Part shown: one piece after another, positions 1 through 9,221 of the stretch
How the letters are laid out: every line of letters starts with the position of its first letter
Position numbering within the stretch: position 1 is the stretch's first letter
Origin: Desulfobulbus propionicus
Lineage (GTDB): Bacteria; Desulfobacterota; Desulfobulbia; Desulfobulbales; Desulfobulbaceae
Assembly (NCBI GenBank): GCA_002748755.1
Contig: PDTD01000017.1
Coordinates: 4,747 to 36,746 of the forward strand
DNA length: 32,000 nt
Reading direction: 5' to 3'
The notes under the pieces: generated by a model
What the model was told of the DNA's origin: nothing
The model's database searches: none
What the model saw: the letters and a program-made list of their open reading frames with translations, nothing else
Position numbers and translations under genes: made by a program

Positions 1-107
1 TCACCAACCGAAAGAACGGTTCCGGTTTCTTTCAGGTCGACATCACTTTCGTAGCCAGCGATTTGATCCTTAATAATCTGGCTAATTTCTTCGGCTTTGA
101 TCTGCAT
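1..107 (-). CDS. atpA: F1 ATP synthase alpha subunit, first 35 codons only (gene runs off the window start)
   Basis: Partial, so absent from the ORF track. Reverse-strand translation from the ATG at 107-105 gives MQIKAEEISQIIKDQIAGYESDVDLKETGTVLSVG, the conserved F1-alpha N-terminus. It starts 4 nt after the atpH stop, in the canonical operon order. Confidence 0.8.
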   Translation of the reverse strand, partial: MQIKAEEISQIIKDQIAGYESDVDLKETGTVLSVG

Positions 108-111
108 TTGA

Positions 112-660
112 CTATTCTCTCCCCTTGATAGATTCTTTTAATCCATTAAGTTGTGTCCTTATACTTCCGTCCAGTACAAGATCACCGACCTTTGCGATGA
201 TGCCACCTATGATAGACGGGTCGACCTCAGTCTCAAGTATAACCTTATTACCTGTTATTTGCTCTAGAGTCTTCTGTATCTTACTCTGCAGAGATGCATC
301 CAGTTCAACGGCAGAAATGACTGACCCGTGACTGATATTCTGATCCCTGTCAAACATTACCTGCATCTCATAGGCAATGTCCGGGAGGATATCAGCACGT
401 TTTTTATCTACCAGCAAATTGAGAAAGCCTGTCATAAGAGTATCTGCCTCGACAGATTCAGCTATTTTAGCCATGACCTTCTGTCTCGCCTCAAGGGGGT
501 AGAGTGGATTTGTTAACGCATCCCCTACATTGGCAGCCCTATCATCATAAAAGGCGGCTATAGCGGCAAGAATCGCACTGTACTTCTCTGTTTTCCCCTG
601 CTCTTTTCCAAGCGAAAAAAGCGCCTTTGCATAACGGCGCGCTAATATCGTATTTCTCAC
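112..660 (-). CDS. atpH: F-type ATP synthase delta (OSCP) subunit
   Basis: 182-aa ORF with an N-terminus (ARRYAKALFSLGKE) and C-terminus (GGIIAKVGDLVLDGSIRTQL) typical of OSCP/delta. GTG start overlaps the atpF stop (GTGA). Located between the b subunit and alpha. Confidence 0.85.
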   Translation of the reverse strand: MRNTILARRYAKALFSLGKEQGKTEKYSAILAAIAAFYDDRAANVGDALTNPLYPLEARQKVMAKIAESVEADTLMTGFLNLLVDKKRADILPDIAYEMQVMFDRDQNISHGSVISAVELDASLQSKIQKTLEQITGNKVILETEVDPSIIGGIIAKVGDLVLDGSIRTQLNGLKESIKGRE

Positions 661-1379
661 TGTACCGTACCTACTCTTTCAAGGAACTGTTCAGTAATCG
701 CCACCTGATCATCAGCGGTGAGATTCTTAGCGATTATCTCCTCAGCCATTGCAGTCGCCCTCTCTGCGACCTCGTCTCGCAACATACGCTTGGCCTCTTC
801 AATCTCGGCATGGATTGAAGCCTCGGCATTGCGCCTGATGTCTTCAGCAGCTCGTTCGGCCTCTTTCAGAATACGCTGTTTTTCGTTTTCGGCCTGAGCG
901 ACAGCGCGCTCAACCACATTTTCCATCTCGTGTTCCATATCAGCCAGGCGGGATTCAAACGCGGCGTACTCTGCCTTTGCCGCTTCCTTCTGTGCCTCCA
1001 GCGTTTCAAGCTCGTCTTTAATTTGTTTTTGCCGACCACTGAGCCCTGAGGCAATGGGTTTGCTCAGAAAATAGACCAGCAAAGCAACAAGCCCCATAAA
1101 GTTCATGGTTCGCCAGAGGAGATCTTTCAGTTTTGCTGGAGAAAGAGAGTCAGCATGCGCCGCGTGATTATCTGCATGCACATCAGCAGCCTCATGACCA
1201 GCAGAGGCATCCTGACCGTCCGTCGCTCCATGGGCTGCCTGCACGGCCTGTTCGCTGTGCGTTGGCGCTGCATGGCCATCTCCCTCTTCCGTAACAGAGG
1301 CAAGTACTGATGCAGGAGTGCCAAAGATCAGCACCACCATCAGAACCGGCAATAGTTTTCCAACAATACGCAATCTCAT
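657..1379 (-). CDS. atpF: F-type ATP synthase subunit b with a long signal-like, His/Asp/Ala-rich N-terminal extension
   Basis: 240-aa ORF. The C-terminal ~150 aa are a single TM helix (FMGLVALLVYFL) followed by a long charged coiled-coil region typical of subunit b. ATGA overlap with the upstream b' gene. Confidence 0.8.
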   Translation of the reverse strand: MRLRIVGKLLPVLMVVLIFGTPASVLASVTEEGDGHAAPTHSEQAVQAAHGATDGQDASAGHEAADVHADNHAAHADSLSPAKLKDLLWRTMNFMGLVALLVYFLSKPIASGLSGRQKQIKDELETLEAQKEAAKAEYAAFESRLADMEHEMENVVERAVAQAENEKQRILKEAERAAEDIRRNAEASIHAEIEEAKRMLRDEVAERATAMAEEIIAKNLTADDQVAITEQFLERVGTVQ

Positions 1380-1807
1380 GCTTCCAGACTCCTCCCAAGT
1401 ATCTTTCCGGCCATATCCTTTGCAAAAACTTCTGTTTTCGCTTGCAGATCTTCTCTTGCGCTATCAATCTGCGAACGAATTTCAGCCAGTTTCTGCTCCT
1501 TCTCGCTGCCTACTTCGGTACGAATCGCAGCCAGCTTTTCAGCACCAGAGGCCTGAGCCGTCTCCCTGGCGCTGTCCAATGCCTTTTTCGCTTTATTGCT
1601 CGCCTCACGCATTTTGGCATCCAGCTCTGCCTGACGTTTCTTTGCGCGCTGCTCCAGCTCAACGACTTCGCCACCAAGTGCGCTTATTTTTTGCCTGCGC
1701 TTTTCCAGAATGCCGAGCACGGGTTTGTACAGAATAGCATTGAGTACAACCATCAACACTATCATATTGATGATGTGAATCACCATCGTACTATCAATTG
1801 AAATCAT
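1376..1807 (-). CDS. F-type ATP synthase subunit b' (second stator paralog)
   Basis: 143-aa ORF with an N-terminal TM helix (IINMIVLMVVLNAILYKPV) and then an Ala/Lys/Glu-rich coiled coil. First gene of the b'-b-delta-alpha order. Confidence 0.75.
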   Translation of the reverse strand: MISIDSTMVIHIINMIVLMVVLNAILYKPVLGILEKRRQKISALGGEVVELEQRAKKRQAELDAKMREASNKAKKALDSARETAQASGAEKLAAIRTEVGSEKEQKLAEIRSQIDSAREDLQAKTEVFAKDMAGKILGRSLEA

Positions 1808-1902
1808 ACCTACTACTCCTTGCTACAGAAAAAGGCACAAGATAGCCAAACATTGCGAATGGCGGTTCATACGTCCAACTCGTACTACCAATACGAAAAG
1901 GA

Positions 1903-1931
1903 GTACTAATGAAAAATAATCCTACTGTCAA
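1903..1931 (-). promoter_or_regulatory. Candidate sigma70-type promoter for the atpF'-F-H-A operon
   Basis: On the minus strand: TTGACA (1931-1926), a 17-nt spacer, then TAGTAC (1908-1903), about 95 nt upstream of the atpF' ATG. Sequence pattern only. Confidence 0.3.
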
Positions 1932-1974
1932 ACCCTTTTTAAATAAAACTTATGGGTTTTTTCAGTTACGCTTG

Positions 1975-2979
1975 TTAACGGCTGACTGGTTGTTCCCGCA
2001 TGCTTTGCAGCAAGCGCTCCAGCCCCGCTGCGGTGGAAACCAGCGCTGTATACCCCAGTATTTTTTTGGCCTTGTCATGGTTGAACCAGTGCGACTTGGA
2101 CAATTGCTGGGCCACGAATCGAGTCATTTTGGGCTCACCAGCGAAAGAAAACAGGTCAAAAAGTCCCTCCAGCAGTCCACCAACACCGTAGGCCACAGGG
2201 TAGGAAACCCTTTTGTTGACCAGAGGGATGTTCAACTCCTGGAAGAGCGTATTCACCCACTCCCAAAGCACCACCGGATTTTCCTGACCAATAAAAAAGG
2301 CCTGTCGATCAGCACTGCCGGTCTGGTGAAGGTTTTTGGCAGCAAGGACATGGGCATGAACAACATTCTCAATATAGGTGATATCCACCTTGTTGTTGCC
2401 GGAGCCGACTTTTTTCAGCTGACCTGTACGTCCCCGCTCAACCAGTCTGGGGATAAGATGAGTATCACCAGGTCCCCACACAAGGTGCGGCCTTATGGCA
2501 CATGTTTTCAAGGATCGCTCCCGGAGTCCGAGAACACATTTTTCCGCCTCTATCTTGCTTGCTGCGTAATGACAAAGCGGTTTGGAGGCATAGGGCAACT
2601 CTTCGTTACCATTTTTAATATCCTGACCATCAAAGACCACCGAGGGCGTCGACGTATAGACCAGTACAGGCACCCTGTTCTGCAGGCAGCCAGCAAGAAC
2701 ATTCTGCGTTCCCTGTACATTAACAGAATAATACTCCTGTTTCCTGCCCCAGACACCGGCCTTGGCCGCCACATGGAACACCGTATCCACATCCACAGTG
2801 GCATTCAAAATTGATGCCGGATTACAAATATCTCCCTGGAAGCAGATTATGCCGAGGTCCGAGAGGTGTGGATACGGATTTCTCCCAATGACCCGAACCT
2901 CCAACCCCTGTTCCAGAAGATACCGGGCCAAAGCAAATCCCACAAAACCGTTGCCGCCGGTGACAAGCACTTTTTTCAT
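1975..2979 (-). CDS. oleD: OleD-type NAD(P)H-dependent 2-alkyl-3-oxoacid reductase (3beta-HSD/epimerase SDR family)
   Basis: 334 aa. Rossmann motif VTGGNGFVG at the N-terminus and catalytic YAASK. Last gene of the thiolase / alpha-beta hydrolase / AMP-ligase / SDR series. Confidence 0.75.
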   Translation of the reverse strand: MKKVLVTGGNGFVGFALARYLLEQGLEVRVIGRNPYPHLSDLGIICFQGDICNPASILNATVDVDTVFHVAAKAGVWGRKQEYYSVNVQGTQNVLAGCLQNRVPVLVYTSTPSVVFDGQDIKNGNEELPYASKPLCHYAASKIEAEKCVLGLRERSLKTCAIRPHLVWGPGDTHLIPRLVERGRTGQLKKVGSGNNKVDITYIENVVHAHVLAAKNLHQTGSADRQAFFIGQENPVVLWEWVNTLFQELNIPLVNKRVSYPVAYGVGGLLEGLFDLFSFAGEPKMTRFVAQQLSKSHWFNHDKAKKILGYTALVSTAAGLERLLQSMREQPVSR

Positions 2980-3170
2980 CCTCTGAGACTCTCCCTTATT
3001 CCGTCCCTTTTTTTTGGCTCCAGCCCGTAATGTCCACTGACACCTGCCCTGCCCCTACCAGTTCACCCATGCTCTCTCACTTCTGGTATATACCTGAACA
3101 TCCCGGTACTCTGCGGTTTCTTGAGGTTGGAAGGCCTGATGCGGTCAGGCTGTTTACTGACAGTTTGCTC

Positions 3171-4826
3171 TCAACGGCCCTCGCCAAGTTGCCCTGCTGC
3201 CCAGTCCGCCAGCTTTTCCCTGAATATTTTGGCATTATGCCGGATATCCACAGGAAAAGCACCATGTACCAAAAAGGTCTCGATCGCCCTGGTATGGCTA
3301 TGGCTTTTCGCCAGCAAACGGAGTTCTCTAAAAAGCTGTTCTTGGTTTTGAATGGCACGCACTGGCTCGACCACTATCACAGGACGTTGGGCCCCTTTCT
3401 GCCCAACCCCCACCAGCGCTGAACGGAAAACGGCAGAATGCTGATTGAAGATAGCCTCGCACATTACGGAATAAAAAAGCGTGTCTCCGGCCAGCACCCT
3501 ATGCGCCTTTCTACCGCAAAACCAAAGCCGTTTCTGGTCATCCAGATAGCCGACATCGCCCATTCTGTGCCAGAATGTTCCAGTATCTTCAATTTTAGCC
3601 ATCTGGTTTTCGGTCTCATTGCCATCGTATGCACGGGTGACCACAGGCCCCCTGACCACGATCTCCCCGATTGTGCCGTTATTCAGCACAGAAACGTCCC
3701 GCCAGCGAGACACAGGCCCCTCCGATGGTTCGATAATTAAAACCTCAATACCCGGCAGCGCCCTACCCACACAGGTCCCTGCCCCTAAGACGGTCTGTTT
3801 CCAGGTCTGCTCCACGATTTCCCGCCCCTCCAGACAGACGATGGGCAGACATTCTGTAGCTCCGTAGGGCGTAAATATCTTGGCATCATCAGGCAACACC
3901 GTCTGCAACTCTTCTATAAGGTGTCCAGGCACAGGGGCTCCGGCCATCAAAATTTTTTGAAGCCCCAAGGTAATAGCATGCTCCAGGCAATACTTGCTCA
4001 CCACCTGCCAAATCGCTGGAGAACCAAAGGAGTAGGTCACCTGGTACTTCTGCAGACTGGCAACAAATTTTGCTGGATCCACTTGAGCCGGACGCGTTGG
4101 ATCCATATCAGGAATAACGGCCCTGGCACCCAGAGCGATGGAAAACAAACCAAAGAGAGGGAAACCCGGTTGATCGATATCGCTGCTGCTGATACCAAAA
4201 TAATCACGGATATACTGCAACTGAGTATGAAAAATGCCGTGGGTATATTGTACCCCTTTGGGCGGCCCCGTAGAGCCGGTGGTAAAGATAATTGCGGCCA
4301 GTGCATTGAACCTTGCTGCATGGGTTTCAGGATGCTCATCAATCGGAGTACCTTCCTCGCGATGCTGAGCAGGTGGCAGAGATGCTCCCCGCCACCAGAA
4401 CCATCCCTCCACACAGATTCTCAGTCTGACGCTCTGAAAGGGTTTGCGAAACAGAAGACTCACCAGAACGGCTTTGGGTATGCCGACAAGCACGTCAGGG
4501 CGCACCGATCCGATACAACGCAAAAGATTATTAAACCCCATCCCGGGATCAATAAGAATGACCACAGCCCCCAATTGGAACAGGGCAAAGGTGAGGGCAA
4601 TAAATTCCACTGATGGCCGAACCATCAGCATGACCCGGTCACCCGGCACTACTCCCTGGGCCAGGAGGCTGCTATGATACCCAGCGGTGATCCGGCCAAG
4701 CTCGGAAAAAGTCCAGGAATCCCAGGTGGTTCCTCGTCTAGCGGTCAGCGCGATCTTATGTTCGAGTTCCACGGCCAGATCCTGAAGGACCCGGGCGATA
4801 TTATAATCAGTCTGGGGTGTCTCCAT
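3171..4826 (-). CDS. oleC: OleC-type AMP-dependent synthetase (beta-lactone synthetase family)
   Basis: 551 aa with the AMP-binding signature IIFTTGSTGPPKGV and a later YGATE motif. Its start overlaps the oleB end by 20 nt. Confidence 0.8.
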   Translation of the reverse strand: METPQTDYNIARVLQDLAVELEHKIALTARRGTTWDSWTFSELGRITAGYHSSLLAQGVVPGDRVMLMVRPSVEFIALTFALFQLGAVVILIDPGMGFNNLLRCIGSVRPDVLVGIPKAVLVSLLFRKPFQSVRLRICVEGWFWWRGASLPPAQHREEGTPIDEHPETHAARFNALAAIIFTTGSTGPPKGVQYTHGIFHTQLQYIRDYFGISSSDIDQPGFPLFGLFSIALGARAVIPDMDPTRPAQVDPAKFVASLQKYQVTYSFGSPAIWQVVSKYCLEHAITLGLQKILMAGAPVPGHLIEELQTVLPDDAKIFTPYGATECLPIVCLEGREIVEQTWKQTVLGAGTCVGRALPGIEVLIIEPSEGPVSRWRDVSVLNNGTIGEIVVRGPVVTRAYDGNETENQMAKIEDTGTFWHRMGDVGYLDDQKRLWFCGRKAHRVLAGDTLFYSVMCEAIFNQHSAVFRSALVGVGQKGAQRPVIVVEPVRAIQNQEQLFRELRLLAKSHSHTRAIETFLVHGAFPVDIRHNAKIFREKLADWAAGQLGEGR

Positions 4827-5688
4827 GGACCTTGGTAAAAAATCTATCCAACAGATGTTTCATTTGGGGAAAGGCGTCCTCCAGGATATAGTGGCCTGCC
4901 TGGGGAAAATAATGGGCTTCTGCATTGGGAAAACGTTGCTGCCACTGCCGATAAAAATGATCGTTAAAACAAAAATCCTTACCACCCCAGCAGATGAGCA
5001 TGGGCGTGTCGGCCAGCCGGGCCAGCCCGTACTCTATCCGCCGCAGCCTCTCATAGGAAGGATGGTCAGGGGAGAGAGGAATATCTCTGATAAAATCCAG
5101 CACTGCTTTCCTGTTTTTCCACGAATCATAGGGGGCAAGATAGCCTGCGGCAACCTGTCTGTCCAAAGGTTTACTGACAGCCATGTAACGAGCGGCCCCG
5201 GCAAACCCGTTCACCCCCCGCACCAACAGATCGCCAAGCAGGGGCACCTTGCAAAGCGCGATACGAAAAGGTATCCTGGTTGAACGAAAAGCTGCCGTGT
5301 TCAGCACCACCACTCCCCGGACCATTGAGGCATGCTCCACAGCCCAGCCCAGCCCAATGGCTCCGCCCCAGTCATGCACGACCAGAATGCACGCAGCAAT
5401 CCCCAAATGATCAAGCAGCTGTTCCAGGTGTTGAATACGGGTATCCAGTGTGTAGACGCAATGCTGCGGTTTATCAGAAAAACCACAACCGAGGTGGTCT
5501 GGCACGATAACCCTGTATTGCGGTGCAAACTCAGTCACGAGATGGCGGTACATATACGACCAGGTCGGATTGCCATGTACACAGACAATGGCAGGCCCCC
5601 GGCCCTCATCCAGGTAGGCCACTCTGTTGCCGTTCAGCTCGATATAATCCGGTTGAAACGGATATTGGACCAGTTGTTCTGTCACCAT
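4807..5688 (-). CDS. oleB: OleB-type alpha/beta hydrolase (haloalkane-dehalogenase-like; beta-lactone decarboxylase family)
   Basis: 293 aa with HGNPTWSYMYRH and a VHDWGG nucleophile elbow, typical of the haloalkane dehalogenase-like fold. Overlaps oleA by 7 nt. Confidence 0.8.
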   Translation of the reverse strand: MVTEQLVQYPFQPDYIELNGNRVAYLDEGRGPAIVCVHGNPTWSYMYRHLVTEFAPQYRVIVPDHLGCGFSDKPQHCVYTLDTRIQHLEQLLDHLGIAACILVVHDWGGAIGLGWAVEHASMVRGVVVLNTAAFRSTRIPFRIALCKVPLLGDLLVRGVNGFAGAARYMAVSKPLDRQVAAGYLAPYDSWKNRKAVLDFIRDIPLSPDHPSYERLRRIEYGLARLADTPMLICWGGKDFCFNDHFYRQWQQRFPNAEAHYFPQAGHYILEDAFPQMKHLLDRFFTKVHGDTPD

Positions 5689-6716
5689 TGAAGCGCGAGA
5701 ATCATTGCATTAATACCGGAGCCAATGCCCATAAGCGCTGCATACTCCCCCGATCTGATGCCCCCCTGTTCCACCCCCAGCGCCATGGTTATGGGTGCAG
5801 AAACAGAGCCGACATTGCCAAGAAAAGGCAAGGTTTCAAAATTTTTTTCAGGATTTAGTTGGAGTTTTTCAAACAGCAGCCTGGCGTGGGCGCGACCGAC
5901 CTGATGACAAAAAAAGCGATCTATTTTCTCAGCAGGCCATCCCATGGTCGAGAGAAAATCCTGCCAACAGGCATGGGCAACGGCAACGCCCTGGTGCAGA
6001 AGCTCCTCGGACTCAGTGGACATCAGCGTGCCCTGTTCGGAATTCTGTCCGCCCTGGCAAAGGTTATTGCAGACTGTATTGGTCCGGCAGGAACCGCCAA
6101 GAAGATAATGTCCTGTATCAAGGACATCCTTGCGCGTCATGATCAGGGCAACCGCTCCAGAGCCGATGGTCAGGGATGCAAACAGATGCTTCACGCTTTT
6201 TCGGGTGAGACTGGTATCGGTTCGCATGGCAGTGAGCGTGGACTCAACCAGGTTCTCTGCCGTCTCTCCGGCCACGATAAGGCCAGAGCGAACCTGTCCC
6301 AGCTCCAGCATATTGGCCAGTACGACCACACCGTTGAGAAAGCCCAGGCATGCATTGGAGATATCAAAGATCTGGCAGGTTTGCGGCAAGCCAAGCTCTC
6401 GGTGGACAAAAGCAGCGGTGGCTGGCTCCATCATATCCCGGCAGACCGAAGTAAACAACAGACAACCCAGGTCCTCTGGAGGGATTCCGGCCTGTTCCAG
6501 AGCATGTCGGCCGGCGAGTATGGCGCCCTGACTTGGCCGGGTTCCCGGATGCCACAGCCGCCTGCTGGTGATCCCGCTCATCAGTTCCAGTCTGCCTGCC
6601 GGTAAATTCAGACGGTCATAAAGGCTTTCCAGCTGCTCCTCAATGGCAGTAGAAGTTATCTCTCTTGGCGGTAGGGCATAGCCGAAGTTATGAAGGCAGA
6701 CCTGAGAATAACGCAT
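5682..6716 (-). CDS. oleA: OleA-type thiolase-fold condensing enzyme (FabH/KAS III-like)
   Basis: 344 aa. Active-site Cys context FDISNACLGFLNG, followed by FCHQVG and GNVGSVS (His/Asn of the KAS III triad). First gene of the contiguous oleABCD order. Confidence 0.8.
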   Translation of the reverse strand: MRYSQVCLHNFGYALPPREITSTAIEEQLESLYDRLNLPAGRLELMSGITSRRLWHPGTRPSQGAILAGRHALEQAGIPPEDLGCLLFTSVCRDMMEPATAAFVHRELGLPQTCQIFDISNACLGFLNGVVVLANMLELGQVRSGLIVAGETAENLVESTLTAMRTDTSLTRKSVKHLFASLTIGSGAVALIMTRKDVLDTGHYLLGGSCRTNTVCNNLCQGGQNSEQGTLMSTESEELLHQGVAVAHACWQDFLSTMGWPAEKIDRFFCHQVGRAHARLLFEKLQLNPEKNFETLPFLGNVGSVSAPITMALGVEQGGIRSGEYAALMGIGSGINAMILALQW

Positions 6717-6827
6717 AAGACTCTTTCCATATCCGACAGTGCTCGCTTACACCGCCCTACATTCTTGCTCGTTCATGCATCCTGAACTGGTGTCATTGCT
6801 CCTTGCATACGCCCTCAGCGCCTGCAA

Positions 6828-6848
6828 GTGTTCATGAGTAATCCGGGC
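6828..6848 (+). repeat. MITE-family R-terminus fragment (copy J) fused to the DUF1232 stop codon
   Basis: GTGTTCATGAGTAATCCGGGC followed by TA. The terminal C plus TA forms the minus-strand TAG stop at 6848-6850. A second R-like piece, GTTCATGCATCCTGAAC, lies at 6771-6787. Confidence 0.55.
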
Positions 6849-7111
6849 TAGTCCACTGTGTACCTGTTGGCCCAAGCAATAAGCAGGGCGAACAAGGCCA
6901 AATCGTCCAACATCCCTATAAGTGGAATCCATTCCGGTATAATATCATAGGGAACCAGGACATAGAGGAGTCCGGCCCCAAGGACTATTTTGACAAAGAG
7001 CGGCGTTGATGGGGATACAAATACCCGCCAGGCATGCCGAATCATGCCGATAACCTTCAAGGCTGTATTCGCCGGACCGATCATGGCCTCAGGTAACCAC
7101 TTTGCCGACAA
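6848..7111 (-). CDS. DUF1232 (YkvA-like) small membrane protein
   Basis: 87 aa with the hallmark [19 protein letters not shown] motif between hydrophobic segments. Its start overlaps the FabI-like gene end by 23 nt. Confidence 0.7.
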   Translation of the reverse strand: MSAKWLPEAMIGPANTALKVIGMIRHAWRVFVSPSTPLFVKIVLGAGLLYVLVPYDIIPEWIPLIGMLDDLALFALLIAWANRYTVD

Positions 7112-7889
7112 TCTCTGCGTCGTAATAATTCAGCCCCATACCGGCATCCACCACCAGACACTGTCCATTCATCCCCGAAGAACGGGGCGAAAGCAAAAAT
7201 GCCGCCACATTAGCCGCTTCAACGGTCTGGAGTGCACGTTTTCTCAAGGTGGCTTTTTCGGCGAACAGATACGAATCAATATATCCTGGTATACCCGCTG
7301 AAGCCGAGGTCTTCAGCAAGCCCGGACACACCGCATTGAAGCGTACCCCGGAAAAAGAGGAAAAACTTTTTGCCAGAAAGACGACAGAGGATTCCAAAGC
7401 GGCCTTAATAGGAGCCATGTACCCATAATTCTCGGCAGCCATACGGGTAGAGGAAATGGAAACAGTGACCACAGAGGCCTGCTGAGACAATAACGACTTG
7501 AAGTGATGAGCAATAGCCACAAGTGAAAAACAACTGATGTCCACGGCCTGCAAAAAATCTCTTTTCAAAGTCTGGTGGAAAGGCCGCACCCCTGCACTGT
7601 AGTTGGCAAAGGCTATGGAGTGTACCAGCCCATCGATGGTGGCGGCAGCCTCCTGTTTAATCTGATCCCGTACGGTGATAATATTGGCCTCATCTTCCAC
7701 GTCACAGGTAAAGACATGGGATCCGGGGAAAAGTTTTTTTGCCGCAGCAACCCTCGCCTCACTGCGGACCACGTGAATTACCTCTGCACCCGCTTCCACA
7801 AGCACAGTGCCGATGTGCGCCGCCACAGACTTTTTATTCGCCAGCCCGAAAACAACAACTTTTTTCCCCTCAAGTCCAAAGAAATCCAT
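7089..7889 (-). CDS. FabI-like enoyl-ACP reductase (SDR)
   Basis: 266 aa with a glycine-rich N-terminus and a Tyr-x6-Lys signature (YGYMAPIK) characteristic of FabI-type reductases. Starts 2 nt after the FabZ-like stop. Confidence 0.7.
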   Translation of the reverse strand: MDFFGLEGKKVVVFGLANKKSVAAHIGTVLVEAGAEVIHVVRSEARVAAAKKLFPGSHVFTCDVEDEANIITVRDQIKQEAAATIDGLVHSIAFANYSAGVRPFHQTLKRDFLQAVDISCFSLVAIAHHFKSLLSQQASVVTVSISSTRMAAENYGYMAPIKAALESSVVFLAKSFSSFSGVRFNAVCPGLLKTSASAGIPGYIDSYLFAEKATLRKRALQTVEAANVAAFLLSPRSSGMNGQCLVVDAGMGLNYYDAEIVGKVVT

Positions 7890-7891
7890 TT

Positions 7892-8341
7892 CTACCTCTT
7901 GAGTGCACAGGAAAAATCTACCTGAACCGCCACTTTGCCAGCCACCTTGACCGATCCTTTAAGAAACCAGGCCCCACCGACGGCCTCCTTCATGCCAGCC
8001 GACACGGTGATCGTGTCCCCTGGCCTAACCTCACGTTTGAACCTTGCCCCCTGAATCCGGGTTAACACAGGAACCCCTTCCTCCACTGCCTGATCTTCTC
8101 TTGCCTGTTCCAGCATAACACTGATAAGCAGAGCGCCAGCCTGAAAAACTGCCTCACAGAGGATGACACCGGGCACCAGGGGATACGCAGGATAATGCCC
8201 TTTGAACATCTCCAGCTCCGGTGGTATTCTTTTCTCCGCAACAATGCTGTCATCGTTGATCTCCACCACCCTGTCCAACCACAAAAAGGGTGGTCTGTGC
8301 GGAATCTTTTCATAAATATAGGACACCCCCTTGTCAGGCAT
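7892..8341 (-). CDS. FabZ-family 3-hydroxyacyl-ACP dehydratase (hotdog fold)
   Basis: Motifs [13 protein letters not shown] and [17 protein letters not shown] place the start at the internal Met (MPDKG, ATG at 8341-8339), which overlaps the fabG stop as TGATG. The track ORF extends to 8401 inside fabG. Confidence 0.75.
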   Translation of the reverse strand: MPDKGVSYIYEKIPHRPPFLWLDRVVEINDDSIVAEKRIPPELEMFKGHYPAYPLVPGVILCEAVFQAGALLISVMLEQAREDQAVEEGVPVLTRIQGARFKREVRPGDTITVSAGMKEAVGGAWFLKGSVKVAGKVAVQVDFSCALKR

Positions 8342-9078
8342 CACAGTCCCCCTGTTACCTCGAGGAGCGCACCATTGATATAGGAAGCTCTGGTACTGCA
8401 CAGGAAGAGGACAGCCTCTGCAACCTCATCGGGCCGCCCAAACCGCCTCTGGGGCACCATTTTTTTGTATTCCTGTAGCTGTGATTCAGAAAGATCGTCT
8501 ATCAGGTCAGTGGCTATAAAACCCGGAGAGACACAATTCACTGTAATTTTCTTTTTGGCAACTTCTTTACTCAGTGATTTAGCCAGCCCAACCTGTCCGG
8601 CCTTGGAAGCGGCATAATTGGCCTGACCCGGAAAACCCATGGCACCCATGGGCGAGGTAATGAAGACAATCCGGCCATATTTCTGCTGCATCATGAGCGG
8701 GACGACAAATCGAGACATATGAAAGCCACCACTCAGGTTCACCTCAAGAACCCGCTGCCAGTCTTCCGGTTTCATCATGGCCAGCACGGCATCCCGCCGC
8801 ACCCCCGCGTTGTTAACTAAGATATCAATGGTTGTAAACTGTTCCACCACCCATGTATAAAAATGCTCCACCGCCGTATAATCACTGACATCAAGCTGGT
8901 AGAGCTTCAGTGTTCCCGCAAGCAAAACAGCTTCTTTGGTCAGCTGTTGCGCCGCTGTCTTGTTGCCAGCATAAATTCCAATGACAGTTGCCCCCTGCTC
9001 CAGCAAAGCCCTGGTCACAGCTTTCCCAATCCCACGGGTGGCACCTGTCACGATAGCCTTTTTCCCCTCAAACTCCAC
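8341..9078 (-). CDS. fabG: 3-oxoacyl-ACP reductase
   Basis: 245 aa with TGATRGIGKA, NNAG and YAASKAG motifs. GTG start preceded by AAGGGGG. Confidence 0.8.
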   Translation of the reverse strand: MEFEGKKAIVTGATRGIGKAVTRALLEQGATVIGIYAGNKTAAQQLTKEAVLLAGTLKLYQLDVSDYTAVEHFYTWVVEQFTTIDILVNNAGVRRDAVLAMMKPEDWQRVLEVNLSGGFHMSRFVVPLMMQQKYGRIVFITSPMGAMGFPGQANYAASKAGQVGLAKSLSKEVAKKKITVNCVSPGFIATDLIDDLSESQLQEYKKMVPQRRFGRPDEVAEAVLFLCSTRASYINGALLEVTGGL

Positions 9079-9200
9079 AGTTCCCCCTTGTTATCTCCTC
9101 TCTCATATCCGTACCTTCTTCTTGAATCCAGACCAAGCACTCCCCAGTGGCACCTCGGTCTCCAGTTGTTTCAGCCTTAAACCTGCAGCGTGGTGTCCCT

Positions 9201-9221
9201 GTTCATAGCTGCAGATCCAGG
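9201..9221 (+). repeat. MITE-family R-terminus-like fragment (copy K) abutting the stop of the 9222-10628 gene
   Basis: GTTCATAGCTGCAGATCCAGG is immediately followed by TCA (minus-strand TGA stop, 9222-9224). It resembles the R arm GTTCATGAGACATCCGGGC. The rest of the 143-bp gap is too diverged to align by eye. Confidence 0.4.

Noticed and set aside
1909-2814. Long plus-strand ORFs antisense to well-supported genes: 1909-2814 (301 aa), 3921-4613, 5859-6605, 10902-11813 (303 aa), 13436-14176 and 18470-19144.
   Set aside because: Each lies entirely opposite a gene with clear family motifs (oleD, oleC, oleA, flavoenzyme 2, KS, acs). Their translations are Arg/Pro/Gly/Ser-rich with no recognisable motifs, and none has a convincing RBS. 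They look like typical shadow ORFs.
3023-3107. Possible ~85-bp miniature copy in the oleD-oleC gap: GCCCGTAATGTCCACTGAC ... CACTTCTGGTATATACCTGAACATCCCGG then TA.
   Set aside because: It resembles the TIR and a core fragment, but the matches are short and interrupted. I could not align it convincingly by eye, so it is mentioned only as a weak relic.
3133-3150. Hairpin GCCTGA-TGCGG-TCAGGC just downstream of the oleC stop, considered as a terminator splitting oleC from oleD.
   Set aside because: The stem is only 6 bp and there is no U-run on the minus (coding) strand. This is not enough to call a terminator.
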